Below the pieces are notes generated by a model. The model did not search any database, had not been told where the DNA came from, and saw only the letters and a program-made list of their open reading frames with translations. 64,000 nucleotides of DNA, from contig CAVXRD010000001.1 of the NCBI GenBank assembly GCA_963764165.1, positions 384,001 to 448,000 of the forward strand. The letters run 5' to 3'. Position numbers and translations under genes: made by a program. The number at the start of each line of letters is the position of its first letter. Positions within the stretch are counted from its first letter, which is position 1. This stretch comes from an uncultured Verrucomicrobiae bacterium (lineage in GTDB: Bacteria; Verrucomicrobiota; Verrucomicrobiia; Limisphaerales; Palsa-1400). Of the stretch, positions 47,365 to 57,367 are shown one piece after another.

Positions 47365-50010
47365 CTAATTCTGCTTGGGGAGCATGCCCAGGATTTCCTG
47401 CTGCTCTTGGTACCACTCCTGCAAAGGGCGCGACAGGATGGATGGCTTAAAGTCTTTGCGCTGTTCAACTCCGAGGGCGGCATCCACTTCATGCTTCAAG
47501 GCTTCGTTGATCTGGGACTTGGCCTGGTCGGCCCACGTCCTGAAGGCGCCGGCTTGCGGGGCGAGCATCTTGGCGGCTTCCACGCGCGTGGCCTGGTCGT
47601 ATTTGAACTTCGGCACCAGGACAAGCTGCTGGTCTTCCTTGCCTTCGATCTTGTTCGTTTCATCCTGGGCGGTGATCACGGTCTTGGCCAGGTCGATAAT
47701 GCGCTGATCCATTTTGGCCAGCACGTCGTCTTCACTGACGTGGCCGTTGGCTTCGTAATCGAGATTGCGCGGGGAATTGCCGAGGCGCTCGCACACGCGC
47801 TGCACGACGTCCTTCTCCAATTCCTCAAAGTATTTCCGGCCGCGCTTGACGATAATATCGCGTTCCTCCTTGGTGAAGCTGTATTTCTTCTCGTCGAGGC
47901 CAACGAAGGTGGAATAGTTGGCGTTGGTCAGCAGCTTCTCCAATTTCGCGGTCAGGTTCGTGGCGTTGATGCGCTCCACGGTCGGCATGTTGGTCGGTTT
48001 GTCTTTCATCTCCAATTTCAAATCGACCGGGAGGAAGGAGAACGCCGCGCGATCGACGCCGCCGATTTCATCAAGCTGATTGGTCAGATACTTCCAATGC
48101 GCCTGCAAGCGGTCCTTGCGATTCAAATCGCCGACGAAATCGAAATCGCGCTCCACCTTCAGCGACCGCGTGTCGGCTTTGAACCACGACAACTCGTCGC
48201 CGAATTCCGTCGAAAGCGTCAACGCGGAACCCGTCGCGCTCAAATTGACCTGCTCGAGGGGAATGCGGTCGTGCGGATTGCGCGGGGCGCGCGCGCGAAT
48301 GAACGATTCGATGATGCCGTTGGGCAGCAAATCAATCGTCTGCGCAATCCCCGAATAGGCTGCGACAACCGGCTCGACTCCGTAATCGAAGCGGCGAACG
48401 TCGGCGTAACGGAATACATCCTCGTCGGTGCCAAAGAGCATTTTCTTGTCACGCGCCTCGGTGCTGTCGGAATAGCCCCAGCCGATGGCCCCCTTGTCGT
48501 GCGGCAGCGGTTCCTTTACCGTGCGCATGCGCCAGCCGATGAACACTCCCGCTTTAAGGATGTTGTAATCCATCACCGACGCGGATGGGTATTTGTTGGT
48601 GTAAGAGTCAAGGGGTTTGCCCGCAATATAATCGCGGAACCATTGATCCAGTTCTGACTGGGTGATGTTAGCTTCAAGGCTCCCGGCGAAATTGTGGCGC
48701 AATCCGAGGATATGCCCGACTTCGTGCGCGACCACTTCGCGGACATAATCCTGCGAGGCGCGCAGCACCGCTGCATCGGTCAAAGCATCGCTGGCCAGGA
48801 CTTCTTTCAAGCCGCCCGCCATTTGCTGGGCGAACGAAGCCGGGTCAATTTCGCAACGCGGGCCGGACGACTTGAATGGGAACAGCCGATCCAGCGTGAG
48901 TTCCTTCTTCTTGTCATCCTTTTTTGGCTCCGACATATCCTCCATGCTGCGGAGCAGCGCGCGCGCCGAGGCGCGGCCGGAGAACGCGAAGACGCTCGTG
49001 ATGTAAGCCTGGCCGTGCTCCGATTGGCCAGTCAGCGGATCCATCAAATCGTCGGCGTAGGCAAAGCCGGCGTTGTCCCACGGCACCCATTGGATGATGT
49101 TGTAATTGGCATCTGGCGCCGTCACGCCATCCGGAGCCTTCTTGGCCTGCATGACTTCTTTGCCGAACACGAGGTTCCAGTAGAGAATCGCATCGCGCAC
49201 GGCATCCACGTAATTGGTCGGAGTATTGGCCGAATAATAGAACACCACCGGCTGGCGAATATCGAAGCGAGCCGCCCTCGATGACACCCGCCCGGTTTCC
49301 GGCTCAAGATGGCCTTCAGTGTTGAAGAATTTTGTGTAACGCGTGATGGTCAAATCCGGCTCTTTGCCGACAAAATCCGCCGGCTTGTAAGGCTCAATGA
49401 AATAGCGAACCTCGTAGCGGGATTCGAGATTTTCCAGGAATTCACGGTTGCGGGCCTGCACGCTTTGGCGAATGATCAGGCGATCCTTGTCCGCCTTCAT
49501 TTCGAAGACGCGGCTCTCGGGAACTTCGAGCACCATGTCGCGCTCGCCGAGGTTCAGGCCGCCTTCGCTCGTCCACGCATCAGTGAAAACGCGGCGCATT
49601 CCCTTGTTGAAATCAATCACAACGCGCGTGTCGTCCTGGCGGATGATCGGGAAAGTCGCCAGCAATCGCCGCGCGGGCAAATCCTGCGTCACGACCAAGC
49701 CCTGCGTCGACTCATACATATCGACGCCATCGGGATAAACCTCGAAGCGCACGATTTTCCCGGACAGGCCCGTGCTGGTGGCGGCCAATTCCTGCGGGAT
49801 GATTGAGGCGCTAAATTGATAATCCTTGCCAAGGCCGGCCTTTGGAATGGCCAGCATCCAATTGTCCACAACTTCCAGCGGCGGAGGGACGGCTTTGGCG
49901 GTGTTCGTATCCGCGAAGGCGGAGCCTCCGGCGAAGATCAAACCGATAAGAATGCAACAAATAGCCGGAATTCCGGCGACCCGGGGGATATAGGATTTAT
50001 GACGATTCAT
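47365..50010 (-). CDS. Secreted zinc-dependent metalloprotease (DUF5117/DUF4953-type)
   Basis: HEVGHILGLRHNF metzincin motif, SVMDY Met-turn, DPLTGQ; signal peptide from MNRHKS. Confidence 0.88.
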   Translation of the reverse strand: MNRHKSYIPRVAGIPAICCILIGLIFAGGSAFADTNTAKAVPPPLEVVDNWMLAIPKAGLGKDYQFSASIIPQELAATSTGLSGKIVRFEVYPDGVDMYESTQGLVVTQDLPARRLLATFPIIRQDDTRVVIDFNKGMRRVFTDAWTSEGGLNLGERDMVLEVPESRVFEMKADKDRLIIRQSVQARNREFLENLESRYEVRYFIEPYKPADFVGKEPDLTITRYTKFFNTEGHLEPETGRVSSRAARFDIRQPVVFYYSANTPTNYVDAVRDAILYWNLVFGKEVMQAKKAPDGVTAPDANYNIIQWVPWDNAGFAYADDLMDPLTGQSEHGQAYITSVFAFSGRASARALLRSMEDMSEPKKDDKKKELTLDRLFPFKSSGPRCEIDPASFAQQMAGGLKEVLASDALTDAAVLRASQDYVREVVAHEVGHILGLRHNFAGSLEANITQSELDQWFRDYIAGKPLDSYTNKYPSASVMDYNILKAGVFIGWRMRTVKEPLPHDKGAIGWGYSDSTEARDKKMLFGTDEDVFRYADVRRFDYGVEPVVAAYSGIAQTIDLLPNGIIESFIRARAPRNPHDRIPLEQVNLSATGSALTLSTEFGDELSWFKADTRSLKVERDFDFVGDLNRKDRLQAHWKYLTNQLDEIGGVDRAAFSFLPVDLKLEMKDKPTNMPTVERINATNLTAKLEKLLTNANYSTFVGLDEKKYSFTKEERDIIVKRGRKYFEELEKDVVQRVCERLGNSPRNLDYEANGHVSEDDVLAKMDQRIIDLAKTVITAQDETNKIEGKEDQQLVLVPKFKYDQATRVEAAKMLAPQAGAFRTWADQAKSQINEALKHEVDAALGVEQRKDFKPSILSRPLQEWYQEQQEILGMLPKQN

Positions 50011-50106
50011 TTTCTTTGGGGGAATAATGTGCTTGGTTGAAGGGAGTGGACGCAAGCAAGAAGGGTAAGCAATTTGCTTGTCGTCCAAACTGTTGGAGAA
50101 TCACAC

Positions 50107-50130
50107 GGCAGGGCGAGGCTCCTGCCGAGC
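50107..50130 (+). repeat. REP family C dispersed copy
   Basis: ggcagggcgaggctcctgccgagc matches the RAYT-flanking REP. Confidence 0.8.
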
Positions 50131-50138
50131 TTATGTTA

Positions 50139-51432
50139 TCAGCGAGTGCCTTCGGCCGGAACGGCCGAATTGCGTTTCGCCAGCGCCTTTTCAATGGTAG
50201 GACCCAAGTCTTCGCCGTAGACCGCTTCGCCCTCGGCCACAATTGTGCCCGTGTCGCCATCGATCAAAAAAGCGTGCGGAATGGAGTCAATGTAATAGGT
50301 TTTTGCCACCTCGGCGTTCCAGAACTTGCCGTCGAAAATTTCCGGCCACGGCATGTTGTGCTCTTTGGTGAACTTGGCCAGTTTCGCACCGTCGTTTGGC
50401 TGGTCGAGGCTGACGCTGAGAATCTCGAACCCTTTGGAATGATATTTCTCGTAGGCGGCGACAACGTTCGGCAGCTCCGCCTTGCACGGTTCGCACCAGG
50501 TGGCCCAGAAGTCGAGCATCACCAATTTGCCCTTGTAATTGTCCGGAAAATGGATCGTGTCACCGTCTGTGGTTTTGGCTTCAAACGGCAGTGCCTTGGC
50601 GTTCGCCGCCAGCGACGGTCGCGGCTTTGTTTCTGGAACCGTGTTGGTGGATTTCACAAATTGAAAACTTCCACCCGAAGGCGTCATGTCCGCGATTTCC
50701 CACGTCGTGCCGCCAATGTTAAAGGGCTTGGTCACATCGAACAATTCTTCGTGCTGGAACTTTCCGTCGTCGTTCAAGTCGATCGCCAGATGAACAGACG
50801 ATCCATTGGTGCCGCTGGGCGGTTGAAAATTGCCGGTGCAGGCGTCATCCACCAACAGCGCGTGAAAAGTCTTTCCTCCGAGGGTAAGGTCTCCCGCCCG
50901 GCCGAAATCGCGATAATAAATCAACGTGCTGGCCAGCTCCGCGCGGGCTTTGTCGTGCTTGTCAAAACGATACATGCTCATGTGCGCCGTGAGCTTTTCG
51001 CCCTCGGTACGAGAGGTTCACGTCGCAGCCTCCAAAATGCATTATGTTGGTTCCTCCATCGGGGCTCTTTTCCTCGCGCGCTTTCCACTCGGGAGCCGGA
51101 TCGTCGGTCAAATCGCCGTTGCCGTTGGAATCGACAAAAAGGCGGGCGGGCTTTCCTTCCGGCTCGTCCAGAATGACATAAACCGTGGTTGGCGAATTGG
51201 TCGGGCCCATCACAAGTTTCCCATAAAGCGGCGCGCCGAGGTCTGGCGGCGCTTTGGCAATGCCTTCAGGCTTCTCGGCGGAAAGCTTCAGCAGCACAGG
51301 GCGGTAGCCGCGCGTTTTCTTGGTGATCCCGGAGGATTGCCATTCGAGTTTCACGTCATCCGCGCTGGCGGCCATCGCGGCGCTAGCGGCCAATGCGCAA
51401 AAGGCCAATTTAAAGTTGCAGTTGCATTTCAT
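50139..51432 (-). pseudogene. Frameshifted TlpA-like disulfide reductase (paralog of 51444-52733)
   Basis: ORFs 50962-51432 and 50139-50981 join if one G at 51006-51007 is removed (SYEGEKLTAHMSMYRFD vs paralog PYAGQKLDLRLGMYRFD); DFWATWCEPC. Confidence 0.85.
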
Positions 51433-51443
51433 ATGATTGCTTT

Positions 51444-52733
51444 TTAATGAGGTTGAGCCAACGCCTTTTCAATTGTTGCAGAGAGATTTTCGCCGCGCAA
51501 TTCAATTCCTTCCGCGACAATTTTGCCGGTGTTCCCGTCCACCAGGAACGAATGCGGAATCGAGTCGATGGAATATTTCTGCGCCACCGGCGACCTCCAA
51601 TTCTGCCCTTCATACACCTCCGGCCACGGCATGTTATTGTCCTTGATGAATTTGGACAGCATGCCGTCCACCCCGGCCTGATCGAGGCTGACCCCCAGGA
51701 TCTCCAATCCCTGCGCGTGGAATTTTTGGTAGGCGGCGCTTAAGCCCGGTATCTCCCCGCGGCACGGCGGGCACCAGGTGGCCCAGAAATCCAGCAGCAC
51801 GAGTTTGCCTTTGTATTTCCCGGGAAAATGAACATCGTCGCCCGCCATGGTCTTGGCGTCGAAGACCGGCGCGTTCGTGCCGACTGTCAAATGCACGCGC
51901 GGCGCGCGCGGCGTCCGGGGCGCTTCGACAAGGACGGGCTTGGTGGACTTGACCAATTGAAAACTGTCGCCGCTCGGGCTCATGGCGGCGACTTCGTAGG
52001 CCTGCTCCCCGATTTTAAACGGCCCGCTGATGTCAAATGACTCTTTGCGAACGTCAAACTTGCCGTCATTGTTCGTATCGATTAGCAAATACACGGTGCT
52101 CTTCCCAAAGTCATGGGCGGGGCGGAAATCTCCCGTCGCGCCGTCATCAACCAAAACGCCCTTGTAAGTCTTGCCGTCCACGGTGATCTCCCCTGCTCTG
52201 CCGTAATCGCGGTAGTAGAACAAAAGGCTCGCGGAATCCGGGCGGCTCGCGTCGTGGGGATCAAAACGATACATGCCAAGGCGAAGGTCCAATTTCTGGC
52301 CGGCGTATGGCACATGAACAACCGCGCCGCCAAAGTAATTCGTCAGCGGCGTTCCATCCCGCGATTTTGCCACCCGCGGTTTCCATTCGGAGGGCTGCGC
52401 CCCAGCAAGTTCCCCCGTGCCATTGGCATCAACGAACAGGCGGGCGGGTGATCCTTCAGGTTCGTCAAGAATAACGAGAAAAGTCTTCGGAGACTCTGTT
52501 GGGCCGAGTTCGATTTTGCCATAGAGCGGGGCCGAGAGATCCGCCGGCAACGACTTCAATTCCTGCGGTTTGTCAGAGGACAACGCGAGGCGGACCGGAG
52601 TGTAAACGCTGGCGCTGTTGACAATATTAGAGGCCAGCCATTCCATTTTGATGTCATCGGCGCCGCGCGCCAGAAGGCCACCGAGAAACAAAATGGCGCA
52701 GCCCACGCATGCGATCCGCTGCCGCCTCTTCAT
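51444..52733 (-). CDS. Exported TlpA-family thioredoxin with long N-terminal domain
   Basis: Signal peptide, GKLVLLDFWATWCPPC, IDSIPHSFLVD. Confidence 0.88.
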   Translation of the reverse strand: MKRRQRIACVGCAILFLGGLLARGADDIKMEWLASNIVNSASVYTPVRLALSSDKPQELKSLPADLSAPLYGKIELGPTESPKTFLVILDEPEGSPARLFVDANGTGELAGAQPSEWKPRVAKSRDGTPLTNYFGGAVVHVPYAGQKLDLRLGMYRFDPHDASRPDSASLLFYYRDYGRAGEITVDGKTYKGVLVDDGATGDFRPAHDFGKSTVYLLIDTNNDGKFDVRKESFDISGPFKIGEQAYEVAAMSPSGDSFQLVKSTKPVLVEAPRTPRAPRVHLTVGTNAPVFDAKTMAGDDVHFPGKYKGKLVLLDFWATWCPPCRGEIPGLSAAYQKFHAQGLEILGVSLDQAGVDGMLSKFIKDNNMPWPEVYEGQNWRSPVAQKYSIDSIPHSFLVDGNTGKIVAEGIELRGENLSATIEKALAQPH

Positions 52734-52799
52734 CCAAAAACGATGCGCCACCTCACCCGCAACCGCAAGGCTGTTTGGGAGGGAAGCCTTTTGCGCGTC

Positions 52800-53126
52800 T
52801 CATTTGAATCTCCAGAAGCTTCTCAATTTCATGTCGCCGCGTGCAACACTCCACAATCCTGGAAACTCGTCGATGGAGTATGCTCGAAGAAATCTGCCGA
52901 TGACGGGAAAAGAAGGAGATGTGCCGCGCCCTGTCGTGCGGAAGCGATAGCGGTGGGCCGCCGCGCCGTCAATCGTCTGCAACTCGTCGGTGACGATAAC
53001 AGGACTGCCAGCCGTCCAGTGAAGCAGCAACATGACGAGAAGCAACGTGGGCAAGAAAATGATGAGCAGCACACAGGCCGCGAACCGTTCAGGCAGTGAC
53101 AACCAAAATGGCTTGAAAGAACTCAT
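52800..53126 (-). CDS. Truncated bacterial sugar (phosphoglycosyl) transferase homolog
   Basis: TM with LP, GSPV, RFRT, GRFLRAYSIDEFPGLWSVARGDM; stops before the VGPRP motif. Confidence 0.65.
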   Translation of the reverse strand: MSSFKPFWLSLPERFAACVLLIIFLPTLLLVMLLLHWTAGSPVIVTDELQTIDGAAAHRYRFRTTGRGTSPSFPVIGRFLRAYSIDEFPGLWSVARGDMKLRSFWRFK

Positions 53127-53570
53127 GCGCAACCGATTAAGTTCAAAGTCTGTTTTACAATGGAAAACAAACACGGTGTGGTAAATATGGCCACTTTGCG
53201 GCGAAAATCGAGCAATTTCCATAACCTGTCAGCAGCAAGGTAAATCGAGCAGAACCGGATAGCGAGCCATTCAGTTCGCCGGTTTTGCCGTCGAAGGTTC
53301 GTTGAGCTGGGCTTTGGCCTCTCATTGCGCCGAAGAGCGGCCCAGGCCGCTCGAAACGCAACGCTCCCTCAAGTGGCTGTTTCTCATTCGGCCGTTCGTG
53401 GTCGGTTTAGAGTGACCACTGACAGAAATACCCTCTAATCGTGTAATTACATCATTCATTGACGCAATAGAGTTCCAGCTTTATGTTTTCCATCTCGCCG
53501 TCAGGGCGTGTTCTTTGAAATTTCGCGGATTCCCGCGCCAGAAAGGGGGCGTGGTCAGAATCGGGTGACA

Positions 53571-53661
53571 AGCGCGGCTGTGTCGAAGCAACGTAAACCC
53601 GAGAAACGCGCTGGATGATCCGAATATTGCCGCGGCTGGTCTTCGACACAGCCGCGGTCCG
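53571..53661. repeat. REP family A inverted pair (left copy partial)
   Basis: agcgcggctgtgtcgaag ... gccgcggctggtcttcgacacagccgcggtccg. Confidence 0.8.
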
Positions 53662-53708
53662 CAAAACTGTCTGCGCGCTTCACACATTTCTAAATCGTGA
53701 TTGGGGCG

Positions 53709-53737
53709 TTGCACGCTATTGCACCCTATTTCACCCT
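53709..53737. repeat. 10-bp tandem repeat, three degenerate copies
   Basis: ttgcacgcta ttgcacccta tttcaccct. Confidence 0.65.
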
Positions 53738-53856
53738 TGGTTTTCGCGAGAAGGATATCCGGGGAAAAGTGCAGCCAACAGAAGCACCCAAAGGAAAACG
53801 AAAGGGAACGACGGAAAGACGCCGCGCTTCATGCAACCCGACAGCGCGGGAAGAAA

Positions 53857-54084
53857 TGTTGCGGGTCTGTTGCGGGTTTGTTGCTATTTTTGTTGCCCCT
53901 TATCTCGTTGATGGTCAACCGTGTAGCGGGTGTTGCCCCTTTTTCGAGATCATACACTATACCGAGCTTTGGCCAAGCCAGTGCCAAGCCTGGGTTCCAA
54001 ATGGGTTGTCCCGCAACGACGGCTAACGAGTTGTCTCATTCCACCGAAAATGGCGTACTCAACGATGTAACGGGTGTAGCGGCT
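53857..54084. repeat. TGTTGCGGG-type 11-bp array and two related distal copies
   Basis: tgttgcgggtc tgttgcgggtt tgttgctattt t tgttgcccct; caaccgtgtagcgggtgttgc at 53916; caacgatgtaacgggtgtagc at 54060. Confidence 0.7.
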
Positions 54085-54223
54085 CTTTAGAGCTTATATG
54101 CTATTTGCATTTAATGCTGTGCTCTGCCTCAGCCCTGCTTGGCTTCCCGCGAACTTGGCCTTGGCGTTTTCAGGGCATTAGCCGTAATCTCAAACTATCA
54201 AACCATTCAACAACGGCGTCTGT

Positions 54224-55891
54224 ATGCGCAAAGGCTTTCTTGCGATGTTTCTCTCGGCCATCGCGCCGGTCGCCATTGCGCAACCAAACCCAATCCAAGT
54301 CAATATCACCGTGAATGCTGCCAGGCCACTTGGAGAACTGAAACCGATCTGGCGGATGTTTGGCGCAGACGAGCCGAATTACGCATCGATGCGCGACGGC
54401 AAAAAGCTCGTCCATGAATTAGGGGCGTTAAAGCCAGACGGCGTCTTTTTCCGCGCCCACAATTTGCTTTGTTCCGGCGATGGCACACCCGCTCTCAAGT
54501 GGGGATCGACGGGAGCATATTCGGAGGATTCCCATGGAAACCCGATTTATGATTGGAAAATTCTGGATGGCATTTTCGATGTCTATCGTGACAACGGCGT
54601 GCGGCCTTACGCGCAAATCGGCTTCATGCCCGAAGCGCTTTCCACCCATCCCGAACCATACCAGCACCACTGGAGGCCCGGCGACAAATACAGCGACATC
54701 GAAACTGGCTGGGCCTATCCGCCGAAGGATTACGGGCGCTGGCGCGAGCTGGTTCAACAATGGGCCGGGCATTGCGTGGAGCGCTACGGAAAATCCGAGG
54801 TGGAAAAATGGTATTGGGAAGTTTGGAACGAAGCCAACGGCGCTTATTGGAAATCCACCCCGCAGGAATTCTTCAAGCTGCACGATTATGCCGTCGATGG
54901 CGTCCGCCGCGCGCTTCCAACCGCGCGCGTCGGCGGCCCGGACACGGCGGGGCCGGGCGGAAAATGGATGCGCGAGTTCATCGAGCATTGCCTGCGCGGG
55001 ACGAACGCGGCCACCGGCAAGATCGGCACTCCGCTCGATTTCATCTCCTTTCACGCCAAAGGCGCGCCGGAATTCACCAACAACCATGTCCGCATGGGCA
55101 TCGCCAATCAATTGCGCGCGGTCGACGATGGTTTTCGCCTCATCAAATCGTATCCCGAATTGAGCGGCATCCCGATTGTCATCGGCGAATGCGATCCTGA
55201 TGGTTGCGCGGCGTGCCAGGGCCAGCAACTCGGCTATCGAAACACAACGATGTATTCCAGCTACACCGCCGCGAGTTTCGCGCGCATTTGGGAACTGGCT
55301 CGAATCGACGAAGTGAATCTGGACGCCGCGCTGACGTGGGCTTTTGAATTTGAAAACCAGCCGCCCTTTGCCGGCTTCCGCCAGCTCGCCAGCGCCGGAA
55401 TTGATTTGCCGGTGTTAAACGTGTTCCGGATGTTCAGCCAGCTTCGAGGCCAGCAAATCGAGGCATCCAGCGATGGCCAGATTCCTTTGCGCACGATGTT
55501 GCAAACCGGAGTTCGCGAGAAGCCGGACATCGCCTCCCTCGCGGCACTCGATAACAATCATTTGGCAGTGATGATCTGGCATTATCACGATGACGACCTG
55601 CCTGGAGCTTCCGCCGACGTCGCGCTGCGCATTGAAGGAATTCCGGCTTCCGGCGCGAATCTCACCCGCTACACCATCGACGACGAACACAGCAACGCCT
55701 ACACCGCGTGGCTGCGAATGGGTTCGCCAGCGACTTTTGCGACACAGCAAAGGGAAGCCCTGGAACATGCGGGGCAATTGGAGATAATCGACAAGCCGCA
55801 GCCGTTGAAAATCGATCACGGCGCCTTGTCAATCAAGCTGGCGATCCCGCGGCAAGCGGTCGAATTGCTGGTCTTCGACCTCTTGCCATAG
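54224..55891 (+). CDS. GH39 beta-xylosidase-like glycoside hydrolase, secreted
   Basis: FRAHNLL, GFMPEALS, WYWEVWNEA acid/base, DFISFHAKG, IVIGE nucleophile. Confidence 0.9.
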   Translation: MRKGFLAMFLSAIAPVAIAQPNPIQVNITVNAARPLGELKPIWRMFGADEPNYASMRDGKKLVHELGALKPDGVFFRAHNLLCSGDGTPALKWGSTGAYSEDSHGNPIYDWKILDGIFDVYRDNGVRPYAQIGFMPEALSTHPEPYQHHWRPGDKYSDIETGWAYPPKDYGRWRELVQQWAGHCVERYGKSEVEKWYWEVWNEANGAYWKSTPQEFFKLHDYAVDGVRRALPTARVGGPDTAGPGGKWMREFIEHCLRGTNAATGKIGTPLDFISFHAKGAPEFTNNHVRMGIANQLRAVDDGFRLIKSYPELSGIPIVIGECDPDGCAACQGQQLGYRNTTMYSSYTAASFARIWELARIDEVNLDAALTWAFEFENQPPFAGFRQLASAGIDLPVLNVFRMFSQLRGQQIEASSDGQIPLRTMLQTGVREKPDIASLAALDNNHLAVMIWHYHDDDLPGASADVALRIEGIPASGANLTRYTIDDEHSNAYTAWLRMGSPATFATQQREALEHAGQLEIIDKPQPLKIDHGALSIKLAIPRQAVELLVFDLLP

Positions 55892-55917
55892 CGACTTTTC
55901 CGAAAATTAAACACTGG

Positions 55918-56064
55918 CCACAGATTGACGCAGATCAACACAAATGAATGAAACACAGCACAAATCATCTCGGCGCCAGGCAGTCGAGCGCAGGATCAAT
56001 GAGTGTTCGCGCTCGGGATTCTGCAGCTTGTCAGAAATCTGTGTTGATCTGTGTCAATCTGCGG
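55918..56064. repeat. Inverted pair of 10-bp CACAGAT arrays
   Basis: ccacagattgacgcagatcaacacaaat (55918-55945) vs atctgtgttgatctgtgtcaatctgcgg (56037-56064): 28 nt, 3 mismatches. Confidence 0.8.
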
Positions 56065-56147
56065 CTTCAACGCCTTCTGTGGTTGTCATTTTGGAAGGCA
56101 GCTACTAAAGTCCCGCCTGATTAAATAATTTAAATTCAAAAACGAAA

Positions 56148-57053
56148 ATGAGTGTTTTGATTGTTGGTTCCACGGCGCTTGATTCCATTAAGACTCCCAA
56201 GTCGGAGAATTCCCGGCTGCTGGGCGGCTCGGCCAGCCACGCGGCGATTGCGGCCAGTTTCTTCTCGCCGGTGCAGCTCGTCGGCGTGGTGGGTGATGAT
56301 TTTCCCAAACCCTACATCCAGCTTTACCGCAAGCATAAGATTGATCTCGAAGGCTTGCAGATTGTCACCGGCAAAACATTTCACTGGTCTGGCGAATATG
56401 AAGTCAACATGAATAATCGCCGCACGCTGACGACCGAACTTGGCGTGTTTGAATCTTTCAATCCGCTTCTGCCGAAATCCTACCAAGCCGCCCAATTTGT
56501 GCTGCTGGCCAACATCGCGCCCGCCCTGCAGCACCACGTTCTCGACCAGATGAAACGGCCCAAATTGGTCGTGGCCGACACAATGGATCTGTGGCTGAAC
56601 ATTGCGCTGCCGGAATTGTTGAAATTGCTCCCGCGTGTGGATGGTTTTGTTTTGAACGAGAGCGAGGCCAAGCAATTGACTCAGGAGGATAATCTGTTTG
56701 TCGCCGCCAAAAAAATCCGCAAGATGGGTCCCAAGTTTGTCATCATCAAGAAAGGCGAGCATGGCGCCATTCTGTCCAGCCGCGGCGGGCTTTTTATTTC
56801 CCCCGCATATCCGCTGGAAAAAGTCGTCGACCCGACGGGCGCCGGCGACTCATTCGTGGGCGGCATGATGGGTTACCTCGCGACCGCCAAGGGGCCGGTG
56901 GAAGGCAATTTGCGCAAGGCCATGATTTACGGAAGCATCGTCGCCTCGTTCTGCTGCGAGGGATTCGGCGTCAAAGCCACGACGCGTGTGAAACGAGCAG
57001 ACATCGAGAAGCGCCACAAAGTGCTCGAAGATTTGACACGTTTCGTGGACTAG
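56148..57053 (+). CDS. PfkB-family carbohydrate/nucleoside kinase
   Basis: LGGSA, VGVVGDDF, KKGEHG, DPTGAGDSFVGG. Confidence 0.93.
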   Translation: MSVLIVGSTALDSIKTPKSENSRLLGGSASHAAIAASFFSPVQLVGVVGDDFPKPYIQLYRKHKIDLEGLQIVTGKTFHWSGEYEVNMNNRRTLTTELGVFESFNPLLPKSYQAAQFVLLANIAPALQHHVLDQMKRPKLVVADTMDLWLNIALPELLKLLPRVDGFVLNESEAKQLTQEDNLFVAAKKIRKMGPKFVIIKKGEHGAILSSRGGLFISPAYPLEKVVDPTGAGDSFVGGMMGYLATAKGPVEGNLRKAMIYGSIVASFCCEGFGVKATTRVKRADIEKRHKVLEDLTRFVD

Positions 57054-57083
57054 CCACGCAAGTTGGCGTAAGGTGGAATGCGT

Positions 57084-57356
57084 ATGAAACGCGATCAAGT
57101 CACCGATCTCTATTTCATGGAGGCCCGCGCCAAGCTGATCGATCTCGCGGCATTTTTGGATCGCGTTGATCGCGCGGAGGGTTCGGACGATTTTCGCGTC
57201 GCGGCCCTTCGCAAGGCGCTGGATGAGCTTTCCGTCAATTCGCCTGACCGCGTCAATCGCGTCCTGCTCAGCTTGAGCGATCCCACGACCGAGCCGCTCG
57301 CCGCCGCCACCACAAAGGCCGCCTCGGGCGCGTGGCCGGGTGCGGCGATGAAATAA
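57084..57356 (+). CDS. Small conserved-looking hypothetical protein
   Basis: [21 protein letters not shown] helical protein in operon with the TatD-like gene. Confidence 0.7.
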   Translation: MKRDQVTDLYFMEARAKLIDLAAFLDRVDRAEGSDDFRVAALRKALDELSVNSPDRVNRVLLSLSDPTTEPLAAATTKAASGAWPGAAMK

Positions 57357-57367
57357 TTTTCCGCCGC

